A DNA stretch of 64,000 nucleotides, from positions 5,022,001 through 5,086,000 of the forward strand of contig JAWMAR010000023.1 in assembly GCA_036785375.1 (NCBI GenBank). Reading direction: 5' to 3'. Positions 26,700 to 39,590 of this stretch are shown one piece after another. This stretch comes from Leucoraja ocellata (taxonomy: Eukaryota). The notes beneath the pieces were generated by a model, which did not search any database, had not been told where the DNA came from, and saw only the letters and a list, made by a program, of their open reading frames with translations. The stretch's first letter is position 1. Each line of letters starts with the position of its first letter. A program made the translations under genes and the position numbers.

Positions 26700-28220
26700 C
26701 TCCATGCGTCCTTCGAAAGGGACAGCACTGATGTGCCTTCTTGGGGCCCCATGGACACTGATGGCATTGTAATCTCAGTCACCGAGGCCGATGTCAGAAT
26801 ATTCTTCATGAGGGTGAACCCTCGGAAAGCGTCTGGACCTGTTGATGTACTCGGTGGATTTCTCAAAACATGCATGGACCAACTGGTTGAAGTTTTGTCG
26901 ACACCTTCAACCCTTCATTATTGAGGTTCAAGGTTCCTACCTGCTTTAGAACGGCATCAATAATACCAGTGCCGAAGAAGAGTAAGGTGGCGTGCCACAA
27001 TAACTGGTAGCACTGATGTTCGTGGTGAAGAAGTGCTTTGAAAGGTTGGTTACAGTGCAAATCAACTCCTAACTTGGTAAGAACCTGGAATTACTACAAT
27101 TTGCCCAGCGCCATAATAAATCAACGGTGGATGCAGTCTCACTGAATCTCCACTCTGCACTGGACCATTTGGATAATAAAAACACATACGTCAGCCTGTT
27201 GTTCATCGACTGCAAAATTCAACACCATCATCCCCTCTAAACCTGTTACCTAGCTCAGTGAACTGAGTCTTTGCACATCCCCTTGCAACTAGATCCTCGA
27301 TTTCCTCATCAACAGACCACAATCTGTGAGAACTAGCAACAACACTTCCTCCTAGGTAACCGTCAGCACAGTGGTATCTCAAGGCTGTCTGCTTAGTCCC
27401 CTGCTCTCCTCACTCTCTCCCCATGACTGTGTGGCCGGACACAGTTCCAATTCCTTTTTGAAATTTACCGACAATACCACCGTTGTTGGATGAATTACGC
27501 GTAATGATGCGTCACCGTATAGGAGGAACATTGATTGTCTGATTGAATGATGACAGAACAACAAACTTGCTCTCAAGACCAAGGAGCTGAGTATTGACTT
27601 TATAAGAGAGAAGTCGAGGTTCCATGAACTTATCTCCATTGCTGGGTCTGTGGTGAGGAGAGTCAACAACCTTAAGATCCTGGGCGTGCAGATCTCTGGA
27701 CTTCTGTTCCGGATTCAGTACATTGATGCAATCACAAAGAAAGCTTGTCGCTGTATTTCCTTAGAAGATTGAGAAGCTTTGGCATGTCGACGAATGTTCT
27801 CTTGGCCTTCCACAGTGGTGTGGTAGAACGCATATTGACTGGTTAATTCATGGCCTGGTTCGTCAACTCAAACGCCCAAGAACGGAGATTATCAAAAGTG
27901 GTGGAAACTGCCCAGCCCCTAATGGGTACTGATCTCCCCACCATTAGGAGGTGCTGCCTCAAAGAATGCAGCCACCACCCTGGCCACACACTCTTTTCAC
28001 TCCTGCCGTCGGTAGAAGGTCATAGTAGTCTGAAAACTGTGACCCGTAGGTTCAGGAATAGTTTTTTCCCCAACAACCATTGGGCTCTCGAACAAACACC
28101 AATTAAACTACAAACTATGAGCTGTCTTGGGCGCACTAGGGTATTTGTAGATCCATTGAATATTTTTTTCTTTATTATGTTTTCTTTGAGTACTGTGAAT
28201 TTAATTGTTCCGTTTTCTCT
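26700..28220 (+). mobile_element. Rex1/Babar-type LINE reverse transcriptase pseudogene
   Basis: Across frameshifts: VTEADVR..RVNPRKASGP, VPTCF..IIPVPKKSK, KCFERLV, ALDHLDNKNTYVSLLFID, QGCLLSPLL, LKFTDNTTVVG and FRNSFFP. Confidence 0.92.
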
Positions 28221-31036
28221 ACATATGACAATTTGAAATTTCGTAGCTGCCATACAATGTTCGAAAGAAACTGGACTATAGTAACACCGAGGACTATGGC
28301 AACACTGAGGCGGTAGGCAAATGTGGAGTGAATCTGTCTTTAAAATGGCATTTAAACCTCCTGACACTTTCAGGATTGTGTTTTTATTTCAGATTTCCAG
28401 CATTTGTGTTTTTTTATTATTTCAAAATGAAACTTTTCTTGTACAAGAATTGGTTACTTTGAAATGTATCGCATGATAAATTATTGGACATTTCTGGACA
28501 ATGTTATCAATCTCTGCTTTGGGAATTTAGAGTAAAGCACGTTTAAAAACGCTGTTTTTATCTTTGTGATGAATCATCTTCAAAATAATAGTTTTCAAAA
28601 ATATCTCTCATGGTAATTTGTTTGAGGCGGAAGGATAAGGAGCGGGAGAGGAGAAAGTCAGTTTGGTAAGAAACATGAAATGGCAGACTGTAACAGACAT
28701 GTTGGTAAGTAGGGAACATCGTGCAATTATTAATTTCTGCACATTTACACAGGCTTGTGCTACCAATTCTGTAATTTGAGTGATTTGGCAAGCCAGCCCG
28801 TTGAAAGAAAAACTATGTTTATTACAAGATGACCCAGTGGATTATTTCATTCAGTAGGAAGGTACTACTGCCCTTGCAAATGTTTGATATCTCTTAGTAT
28901 GACTTTTTATTGAAAAATATTTTATAAAATGAGCCCTACAAGTTTCATCATCCAGCATCTGTCCTTTAGGAAAAGCATTGCATTTCACAGAATAAGATGT
29001 TGCCTGGCTCCTGAAATGATGGAGTAGAAATGACAGCATGATTTATAATACTTGTCATAATTGTAGAGCTTCTATCGTGGTTTATATGGTTCAATATTAT
29101 AGTAATATCTCTACAACTATACTTCAAGGTGATATAATATCAAAATGACACTGCTGATGTTTGACAGTTGCAGAGTTGGAAAAACAGCTGAATTTTTTAT
29201 AAAATGTATTGGAGAAACAAAAGCCTCTAATATGATGAAGCTTTATTGAGCATCGCAGCTCATACTATTTCTTTATAATCTGTTTATGTAATTGTGTTTG
29301 ATCTAGCCTGAATAAATGAAGGAGTTCCAAGAAGATCCAATTACTGAACCCTTAGAGACATGCACTAGTATATCTGAAATGCACGATAGAATGTGTTTAG
29401 GTTAGCATTTTCTATACTTCACAAGCATAGTTTACCCATTCCACACCAAATTCCATTAAAGTTTTTAATGAGGTTCATGCAATGCCATTTCAGTGGATTC
29501 AACTAAAATACAGTGTGAGCAGATAATTTGAAAGACACTTGTGCAATTTTTTTGGTTTCAATCAGACTAAGCAATTCAACTGCACGGATTTAAATGATGC
29601 TTTCAACGTAGTCAAATATCCCAAACACATTACAGCAGAGTATTAAATACAATTTGGCACCTAATCTCATGAGATGAGGGCAAATAACTAAAATCATCTT
29701 TATGAAATTTGTTGTGAAACAACCAGTTGATGTGGTACCCTTGGAGAACTGATAAGTTTGAAATGCACCTTGATGTAAGAATGTTAGCCTTGGAGTGTGT
29801 GACATTGGTTCACCTGTCTTGGATTTTTTTGGAGGCAGCTTTGATGATACATTCCCAGTAATTTGGTAGTTGTGCATGTCTCCATGACAGAGTTGGGATC
29901 ACAGTTGCTTGGTGGGATGTGAAGTTGGTATTAGATTTGAGATTTTAATGTCTGTACTTTCCTTGGGTTTTGGAGGGAAGGAATTCAAACAATTAAGACC
30001 TAAATAACCAAAAGCAAAGCTGGTAGCTGCTTGTGGTGACACGATATACCCTGTTCTTGCCTGAGACGTATTCAGTGAAGAATAATAAGTACATTGTATT
30101 AATATCCCTTCCTTTACTGACAATTAATTTTGCCACAAAAATATGGGACATTAAAGCCAGAAAATAAATTGAGATGGTGTGAAAATATTCCTGCAGTTAC
30201 TGGTTAAAATAACAAGAATAACAATTTGGCAGACAGAAGGAAATTAAGCAAGAAATAAATCATGATCAGGAGAAGTCTTTTTGATCTGAAGTTGCTTCAT
30301 TGCAATACGTTTTAGAATGCCAATCCCCAATTGTAAGTAGAATAAGAGTTGAAAAGGAGCCCTGTATACCCGTAAATGGTCCACAGACGAAATGATGTGT
30401 TGCCTCCACTTCTATTATTCATAAGATGTCAATATTTATTTAAAGGAACTGCCAGTAATGTTTCATCTCTTATGTAAAGCATACATTATGTAAGTTTGCA
30501 TATGCCTTCTTTACCTCCCTATCTCCCCTTTGTTGTCACCTTTACTGGGCTTTGACTTGAAGATCCCTCTTCAGTGCTGTTAAATGCTGACATTAATGCT
30601 GTCTTGCCATTTACTGCCTTATTTCTCCTTCTCTGCATCTCTCCATATTTCTAACCTCCCAAAGAGCAACACTTCAAACTCCATCTGCCATTTCTCCAGC
30701 CATTTCTGCAGCTGGTCTATATCCCACTGTATCTTCTGACAGCCTTCCTCACTATCTGCAATTCCTCCAATGTTGTTGTTGTTGTCAGCAAAACATCCTC
30801 ACCAACCCATCTACATTTACGTCAAGGTCATATATTTAAATTCCTGCACTCTTTGTTTCCTGAGGCTTGAATGTTTCATGTTCAGGAATTGCAAATTTCC
30901 AAAAGTACTAAACATGAAGTTACCCGAAAGGTTATGGAATTATTGAATGTTTCCAGGGAAGTGTATTGAATCTGACAAGATCAATTAAATCAAGACAAAA
31001 ATGGATGGAATTCTAGAGGGAGAAGAAATTGTGTGG

Positions 31037-31240
31037 CATAGAACAATACAGCACAGGAACAGACCCTTTGGACCGGAAAATCTGTGCTGGACATGATGCA
31101 AGACCAACTCTTATTTGATGGCAAATAATTCATATCCCTCCTTTTCCTTCAGGTGCATGTGGCTATCCAAATGTCTTTTAAATGCCACTGTCATAACTGC
31201 CTCCGCTTCTACCCCCTGCAGTGCGTTCCAGGCACTCAAT
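31037..31240 (-). mobile_element. CR1 3' UTR fragment
   Basis: catagaacaatacagcacaggaacagaccctttgg...ttttaaatgccactgtc...gcagtgcgttccaggcac. Confidence 0.7.
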
Positions 31241-31244
31241 TAAT

Positions 31245-31580
31245 TATGTTTTGAAGTGTAGCTACTGTTATATGAAGAAAATAGTACCCAATTTGCACAG
31301 AATGTTCCCATCAACAGTAATATAACATCAGGCAGTTAATGAGACTGATTGAGAGATAAGAATCGGCCAGAACATTGGGTATAATTTTACTGCTTTCTTT
31401 CACAAGAGTATCAGGGAATCTTTTAAATCCATATGTGAACGTAATGGGGTCTCAGTTTTATTGGATACTTCAAACAAAGCATCATTTTCCCACAATGCAC
31501 TAGAATGTTGGTCCATGTTTCTGTGCTCCAGTCAATGAAGAGATCAAATACCCATCGCTCTGAGGCAAGAGCATTATCCT
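31245..31580 (-). mobile_element. Deu-domain SINE (SacSINE1/AmnSINE-like), decayed
   Basis: Colinear resemblance, from memory, to the DeuSINE consensus: ttttgaagtgtag..ccaatttgcacag..gattgagagataa..ggccag..gggaatcttt..ggggtctcagttt..tgcactagaatg. Confidence 0.6.
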
Positions 31581-32535
31581 CGTGATTGGTGAAAGAAAAT
31601 GCATTTGGCTGTCACGTCTGCCTACCTTAGGCAAAATATTATTATTTTAGTCCCTTAAATTTAACGCACCAATTGTTCCATGTGATGGAACATAAACAAT
31701 AGAATTGTTTTATTCAATTGAACCAAATGTTCTTGATGACACCTCATGCTTCCAATCCAGTGTCATTTTTTGCATATCCCCAGCCTAGATCATAGTTAAA
31801 AAAAGTCCGTTTTACAAATGGTTTAAAAAAACAAATCCTTTCAGATGGAATCGCCTCTTAAGTACTAAACCAAGGTAAAGAATTACTTCTGACACACATC
31901 CATGATATCGCTTTCCTCTACCTGCGAAGAAAAGAGGATGCCAGGAGAACTCAGATGTTGTAATCGCATATGTCTCCAATAATTGAAGCAAGTTTGATTA
32001 TGATAATTGCAGAGTATGTTGTATTAAAAGTCCATCCTCAGAATCTCTTTGGCAGTCTATGACTAAAGTCCATGAAGAAAACCAATAGATATGATCTTCA
32101 CAGAAAGAAAAAAGTGGGGATCAATAACAGCAGACATTACCCAAGGCCTTTTTTTAAATCTCATGAAAGAATCCTTAAGTTTAGCTATTTACAAAAATGT
32201 ATTCAGCTTTTAACAGTTGAAGCAATGTTGCTTGGTGTCTTTTCTCAGGCCAGCTTTCCTTGCATCAAAGTGAAGTCACACTCAGTTGTGTCTTCTTTGT
32301 TCCCCATATGGACTATATACCTTATCAGGCATACAAATGTCATACTCTGTATGGAAATCTACTATGGCAGGCGATCTTCGGGAGGACTTAAAAAAATGCT
32401 CCAAGGACACTCCTGATTTTTTTTAGAAGAAGGTCAACATCAGCTATAATAGATGGGAGACCTTGGCACAAGACAGCTCAAACTGCAGTAAAGACATTCA
32501 GTCAGGCACTGTGCACATGGAAGTCTCCTCAATTT

Positions 32536-33392
32536 GAGCGGCTCGATGGCCGAGCAGTAGAGTTGCTGCCTTATAGCGCCAGAGACCTGGGTTCGATCCT
32601 GACTATGGGGCTGTCTGTACAGAGTTTGTACGTTCTCCCCGTGACTGCACACCTGGAATATTGTGTGCAGTTTTGGCCCCCTAATTTGAGGAAGGACATT
32701 CTTGCTATTGAGGGAGTCCAGCGTAGGTTTACAAGGTTAATTCCCGGGATGGCGGGACTGTCATATGCTGGGAGAATGGAGCGGCTGGGCTTGTACACTC
32801 TGGAGTTTAGAAGGATGAGAGGGTATCTTATTGAAACATTGTTAAGGATTGTTAAGGGTTTGGACACGCTAGAGGCAGGAAACATGTTCCTGATGTTGGG
32901 GGGTCCAGAACCAGGGGACACAGTTTAAGAATAAGGGGTAAGCCATTTAGAACGGAGACGAGGAAACACCTTTTCTTACAGAGAGTTGCGAGTCTGTGGA
33001 ATTCTCTGCCTCAGAGGGCGGTGGAGGTCGGTTCTCTGGATACTTTCGAGAGAGAACTAGATAAGGCTCTTAAAGATAGCGAGTCAGGGTATACGGGGAG
33101 AAGGCAGGAATGGGGTACTGATTGGGGATGATCAGCTATGATCACATTGAATGGCGGTGCTGGCTCGAAGGGCCGAATGGCCTACTCCTGCACCTATTGT
33201 CTATTGTCCATTGTCTATTGACTGCGTTGGTTTTCCCCGAATGCTCTGGTTTTCTCCCACACTCCAAAAACATATCTACGTGTAGGTTAATTGGCTTCTG
33301 GAAATTGTCTCTAGTGCGTAGGATCGTGCTCGTAGAATGCTGGTCAGTGATAACTCAGTGGGCCGAAGGGCCTGTTTCCATGCTGTATCTGT
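32536..33392 (+). mobile_element. tRNA-derived V-SINE (HE1-like), split by CR1
   Basis: B box gggttcgatcc at 32589-32599; V-domain gagtttgtacgttctccccgtgactgcg..ggttttctcccacactccaaa; CR1-derived tail gggccgaagggcctgtttccatgctgtatct. Confidence 0.88.
32649..33218 (+). mobile_element. CR1 3' fragment with 7-bp TSD
   Basis: HLEYCVQFWPPNLRKDILAIEGVQRRFTRLIPG; (ctattgt)n tail; tgactgc duplicated at 32642-32648 and 33219-33225. Confidence 0.95.
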
Positions 33393-33589
33393 AAAACAAA
33401 AAGATACACAGATGTTAAGCACATGGTAGAAGGAGCATAGACAACCCCTAAGCACACAGCCACTTGTTTTGTCAAACACCAATCTAGGCACTCATCATCT
33501 ATAGAACTTAAAACAAAAAGTCAACCTTGACTTTGAGGGACTTCCAAGAAAAATAAAGTTAAATGATGAACAAAGCAATGGAAGTCTAA

Positions 33590-34600
33590 TGTGCAGAAAT
33601 GCAAACTTGTAGAGGGTAGAATAAGAAGCAGAATGTTGTTAAATAGTGTAACTATTAAATAGTGTTGGAGAGATCTTGGTGTTCTTCCACAAGAAACACC
33701 AAGTTATGGTGCAAGTACAGTAAGTAATTAGGAAGACAAGTGGGATATGTTTGTCAATATTGCAAGGGGGTGGAATGTGAATGAGAGGAGTTTTTTCTGC
33801 AACTGTTCAGGTGTGATCGTGCCTTGAATATTGTGTTTTGGTTTAGTTTCTTTATTAAAGGAAGGGTATACGGAGGCAGTGTGGGCAAAAAAAAGATCAC
33901 TGTTTGTTCTGGATATGAAAGGTCATCATATGAGGATCAATTAGTAGAATAAACTTGCACTTTGGTTTTAGACAAATAAAAGCTGATCTTATTAAACATA
34001 AAATTCTCAATAGGGTATAGTTAAGTAAAAGGACATGCTCACTTAAATTTGAGATAAAAGGTAGACAAAAATGCTGGAGAAATTCAGCGGGTGAGGCAGC
34101 ATCTATGGAGCGAAGGAAATAGGCAACGTTTCGGGACGAAACGTTGCCTATTTCCTTCGCTCCATAGATGCTACTGCACCCGCTGAGTTTCTCCAGCACT
34201 TTTGTCTACCATCGCTTTAAGGTGTTTTTACACAGAGGGTGGTGAGTCCCGGCGTGGTGGTTAAAGCCGATATGATAGTAGTATTTAAGAGATACAGGCA
34301 TATGAATATGCAATGAATGGAAGGATATGGATTATGTACAGGCAGTTAAGCGTTGGCTTTGGCATCAAGTGCAGAACAGACACAGTGGGTCGATGGGCCT
34401 GTTCCACTATGTAGTAGAAATGGAGGCTGAGTCACGAGTGTATTAAGGGATGGAAGATTTTTAGACTTTAGGAGACTTGAAGATTATCGGGACCAGGCAG
34501 AAGAATGTAGCTGAGACCAGGGACAAATCAATCATGGTCTTCTTGAATGTTAAAGCAACCTCTTGAGTCCTGATGGTTTACTCCTGCTTCTGTTGCTCAC
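33590..34600 (+). mobile_element. Cluster of decayed CR1 fragments
   Basis: gatcttggtgttc, ccttgaatattgtg..ttttgg and ttttacacagagggtggtgag...gggcctgttcc motifs flanking the palindrome. Confidence 0.65.
34060..34210. mobile_element. PLE-tail palindrome (74-bp arms, 3-nt loop)
   Basis: ggtagacaaaa...caacgtttcg-gga-cgaaacgttg...ttttgtctacc. Confidence 0.95.
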
Positions 34601-34857
34601 ATTTAATGTGAACAGATTGGGAGTGTTCTTGCAAAACCTTCCATGCCTTCCTTGTTTTAAGTAATTGTTTACACATTTGTTGATGGAACATTGAAAGCTT
34701 GAAATCTTTGGAATACTGAATTGGCCTTGGATGGTCTGAACTTTTGTGTACTCTGAATAAGGAAATACTTATTCCCCCTACCCCCTTCCTACCCCCTGCC
34801 CCCTCATTTCTATTGCTAACCTATTCTGTTAGTCTAGCCAATTCAGTTGGAGAAACT

Positions 34858-34952
34858 GCCAGAAAATGCTGTAGTAACTCAGCGAGTCAGAAGATGACTC
34901 TGGAGAAAATAGATTGGTGACGTTTTGGGTCAGGACAACTTCTTCAGACTGA
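34858..34952 (-). mobile_element. PLE tail with degenerate hammerhead
   Basis: Reverse strand reads cagtctgaagaagttgtcctgacccaaaacgtcacc followed by the tail. Confidence 0.75.
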
Positions 34953-36684
34953 AGTGCCCAAGGCCTTGGGAGCTGAAGTTGCAGTACTGATATTCGACTG
35001 ATTAAATCTGGTCATGGTCAGATGCCTTGAATTAGGAGAGTGCAGAAATCTTGTCGCGTTTTAGAGCAGAAAGAGGTAATGCAGATAGAAAATGATAAGG
35101 ATATGGAAGGATTTGAAAATGAAAGTTTAAAAATAATAACATTGGTAAACTTGCTATCCTGTAGGTCAGAAGGTATTGAATTTAGTGCACATATCGGGCA
35201 GCAGAGTCTTGAATAACATCAGGTAATGAAGAAAGAGGCTAGTCAGAAATGTGCTGTATCAATGCTTTTTCATAATAAAGAAGCTGATGAAAAATGTGGT
35301 TGATCAAGCAATTGAAAACTGAAATGTTCTTGAAACAATGTGACATTGTCAGGTTTTCCAAAGATACGCTGTTTATTCATATCCCTGACAGAAGGGAAAT
35401 CATTTTATCTGCTCTGGTGTATACTCAACTCTGGGTCTTGCACCAACATAGATGTTCTGTAACGCTTTTTACTGCACTTCTAATAAATTATATTGCCACC
35501 TTCTCAGGGGTGGGGTTAGGATTGGGAATTCCCAGGAAAGTAAGAACAATTCTACTGTAATATGTGCCAACGAATGGCATCTCAATGATTTTATGCTTAA
35601 AACGCAGTTTTCTAAAAATCCTCGGAAGTGCTTCAAGGTGTATATTCTAACTACCTGTATAAGGTTCATGAATACTTTATTTTGATAATATTCATATCAA
35701 AGGATGTTCCAGTAAATTTTGAGTACTGCATTCAGAACATGTAGTGTTTATTACCTTGCTATAATTATTTCCAACTTCAAGAATTCATTTAATTAGCTGT
35801 GTTGCAAATACCAGTGGTTGCTTTGGCCCGTTATAGTCATTAATTGTTTCCTCTCCCCATTTGATAAAAGATTAGTCAAAATATATTTTGCCTCGTATTT
35901 AATCAGAAACATTGGAATTAAAAACAAATTGCAATATTGTTATTTGAAAAACAATTGCTTACTGTAGCTAATGGTTAAAAATGCTTCAGCCAAGCAGGCA
36001 GTTCATTATTGCTGTCGATTAATACCAACATAGTGAAATGTATTGCAGTGCACTGCAGTTTAAAACAATATTATAATTCATAGCTTGAGCATGTGCTTCC
36101 CAAACACAATGTCATTTGGCTTCATTGGGCTTTAGTGCAGGTATACATGTGATTTTTTTTTTTAGCTTTTAAAAGATAGGTCAATTGTACGGAGGGTTGC
36201 AGTTAATTAAATATTATTATTATTATTAGTATTATTCATGTTAAAATGCTGCGTGGAGTGATAGAGATGCAAGTCAGTCCATGTAATTTCCTCATGAACT
36301 GAGATTATCTCAACCATAGCAACACCAGCTGTAGCCAAATGACCCCATTCTCGACAAAAGGAGCAATCAATCCCTTTCACTTCATCCATACAATACCCTT
36401 GTTGACTTTCACAATTAGCATGTTCTTTGACTGAACAGATTAGTTGAGAATGATGTTTATCGGTTGTTTTAAGAAGAATTGAAAATATCCCCAATCCATT
36501 TTCTAAGTTAAAATGTTGTGGTGAAAGCTTCAATCTTAGCAAATGATGTTTGGCTGCTGTCCTACTTGAAAACCTATTTTCTTCCGCTTGCAGTCTTTTG
36601 CAATTTGTTTTGCAATCCACTGTCAATAACTATGATCGCAACAAGAAAGTCTTTCCCTATTTCACTCCTTTGAATTCCCGAAGG

Positions 36685-37620
36685 CATCGATGTGGATGAG
36701 AATGTAGAAGGCACGATGAACAAGTTTGCAGATGACACAAAGTGGGCGGTGCCATGGATAGTGAAGATGGTAATCTAAAATTACAGCAGGATCTCAATCA
36801 TTTGGGCTGAGGAATGGCTAATCGAATTTAATGCAGATAAGTGCGAGGTATTACATTTTGTGAAGTCAAACCAGGGCAGGGTTGTCAAACTTGTGTAGTC
36901 AAACGCACCTATGAAGTGAACGGCAGGGCCCTGGGGACTGTCGGAGAGCAGAGGGATCTAAAAGTGCAGGTACCTAATTCCTTGAAAGTGGGGTCACCGG
37001 TAGATAGGGTGGTGAAGAAGGCTTTCAGTATATTGGCTTTCATCAGTCAGGGTTTGAGTATAGAATTTGGGATGTAATGTTACAGTTGTACATGAAGTTG
37101 ATGAGGCTGCGTTTGGAGTGTTCTGTTCAATTTTGATCATCTAGGAAAGATGTTGTTAAGCTGGTAAGAGTGCAGAGAGGATTTATGAGGATGATGCCAG
37201 GACATGAGGGGCTGAGCTGTAGGGAGAGGTTGGACAGGCTAGGACTATATTCCTTGGTGTGCAGGAGGATGAGAACCAATCTTTTGTAGGTGGATACGAT
37301 CATGAGGGGAATAGATGGGGTCAATGCACAGCTTACCCAGAGTCTTGGAATCAGGAACTAGATGGCATAGGTTTAAGGTGAGAGGGGAAATATTCAATAG
37401 AAATCTGAGGGGTATCGTTTTCACACAGAGGGCAGTCGCTATATGGAAAGAGATGCCAGAGGAAGTAGTTGAGGCCAGCACTATAACAACATTTAAACAA
37501 TATTTGGAAAGGTTTAGAGGGACATGGGCCAATCGCAGGCAGGTGCGACTAATGTAGATCGGCCATCTTGTTCAGCATGGGCAAGTTCGGCCGAGGAACC
37601 TGTTTCTGTGACGATATGAC
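36685..37620 (+). mobile_element. CR1 LINE RT C-terminal half and 3' UTR
   Basis: aagtttgcagatgacacaaa (KFADDT), LQQDL, RDLKVQV..VDRVVKKAF and FTQRAVAIWKEMP. Confidence 0.92.
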
Positions 37621-38749
37621 AGAACTCTTCCAGGGAATGTGATTTGACAAGCTTGAGTACTCCTTGAGTGCTTCTTTTAAGGTAAAGATGTAAATTTAGA
37701 AGGTATTTAAAATTGTCAAACTATTCAAGTATATGTTTGGACTAAGATAGTGAAAAAATTGCAGCAGGTATTGCGTGCTAGCAATCAGGAACATGAATCC
37801 TGACATTTTAAATTTCCCTGCCCCATAGACTATGAAAGTAATTATGGTACAATTAATGCCACCCTGGCTGAGACCTACTGGTTTCAAATCAACTTGTGGA
37901 TGAATGATTTACTGGTTGCAGTCCCTGCAAACTTGGCCATTGGAGGAGACCTTAAAAGTCTAAAGGTTAACATTCATATCTGCTTTTTTTTTGTTTTGAG
38001 TCAGATTTCCATTTGAGTTAAGCAATTAAAGTGCACAGCTGCTTAATTAAACTTTTAGAAAGTTGCTGGTGATCGCTGCAGGCATTTCCCAGTGGTTCGT
38101 GATCATTATCATTTAATGCACCTGGTAATGACTTTCTCACTGCTCAAATACCTCATTCTTGTCACTTTGAAACTATATTCAAATGAGAAGAGACATTAGC
38201 ATTTGACTGTATGTGGAGGATAGCCCTATTCCTGCAGTTTTCCCAGAACACATTCCTAAATTTAAGCACATTCCATAGTCTAAGCACAGAACAATGACAT
38301 GGTAATTAATGTTAAATTGTGTTAACGGTGAAATGCATCCAACGCCATTTCTGACTGTAGATGTGTTGAATATGAAATATTTTCCTTTTAATTATTTACA
38401 TTTTTTCTTTTTTTTAATGCAGTTCCACGACCAAGATGAGTAATTTCATACATTTTATTAACAATTGTTAGTTTAAAACCTCAACAATGTAGTTCAACTA
38501 CATTGTCGAACAATGTGCATTGTTCTCAAGTCAAAAGACAATGCTCTCCACCTGCTGTTACTTTTTTACCAAATTTACTGCAGTAATTTTCCTTTCTTAT
38601 TTGTATATAATTTATGCTCCATGAGTAATATATATTTTGTTACTGAGCTCCGATAAGATTAACATTTACCAGCTTTCCAAATCGTTGGCTTTGGGAGATT
38701 TTTTAAATGAATTTATGATGAGCAAGAACTATAGTCTCCTTCTTTATAA

Positions 38750-39590
38750 TCTTCTTCGTGCGTATGGCATGCACAGCCTACAGTTGTAGATCAAGGGTAG
38801 ACATCCAGGCCCGGACAGCATCAGTTACTGGGTGGATGGCTTTGATGCCCCCAGGGAAAAGCCTCAGTGAGCAGTCATTCATGATGTGTGGGATGGTCTG
38901 GTCTGGATGTCCGAAGCCGCAAGCAGGGCTGTCTGTCATCCCACACTTATGCAGGTGATGGGCTGTTCTTGCATGGAGGGTGCAGATTTTGTTCAGCGTT
39001 CGCCATTGTTTGCGATGGAGGTCAAAACCCGGTGGTTTCACTGTGGGGTCTGTGATAATCTCTCCGTTGGTGTTGGCATCCTTCCAGGGTCTACGCCACT
39101 CAGTCTCGGAGTCAAAGTCTTCCAGGGATTTAACGTAAGACCAGAAGGGTTTGCGGGACTTCAGGTGCATGTTGGGCAGGTTGTTCAAGTCAGCATGGAA
39201 TGGAAGGTCAGGGTTATCCTTGATGGTGCACCAATATTTCAACATCCTCTCCCTTCTACGTTTGCTGGGAGGGGCAATATGAGAGAGGACAGGGAGCCAC
39301 TGCAAAGGTGTTGACTTAAGTGTTCCTGTGATGACCTGCATTGCAGAGTTAAGGACAGTGTCAGGTCGTTTGGTGTGGCAGCTATTAGCCCAAGCTGTTG
39401 AGCAGAACCCGGCTGTTGAATAGACTAGGGCTAAGCTTGTGGTACGGAGGGAGGCTGTGTGCATCTCCAGCTGTTGCCTGCAAGTTTCCTGATGATGTTA
39501 ATCCTTGCTTTCAGTTGATCAGCCACCGTGTTCACGATAGGTGAGGGTGCGATCCAGGGTGACTCCGAGGTACTTGGGGAATTCTTCATT
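38750..39590 (-). mobile_element. Vingi (Ingi-related) LINE 3' fragment
   Basis: PKYLGVTLDRTLTYREH (39530-39580), then a 228-aa ORF with LRTTSLALVYS, ITGTLKSTPLQWLP, LKSRKPFW, DPTVKPPGFDL and a C-terminal CCHC-type finger remnant; short UTR and GAA tail. Confidence 0.82.

Noticed and set aside
32536-32605. tRNA gene
   Set aside because: The A/B boxes belong to a SINE head; no cloverleaf can be formed.
34060-34210. miRNA gene or DNA-transposon MITE call for the palindromes
   Set aside because: The arms are demonstrably PLE 3' tails (see 60060-60341); there is no constant TSD and no expression evidence.
38778-39464. 228-aa ORF as a host gene
   Set aside because: It is a LINE C-terminus with upstream frameshifts and a GAA tail.
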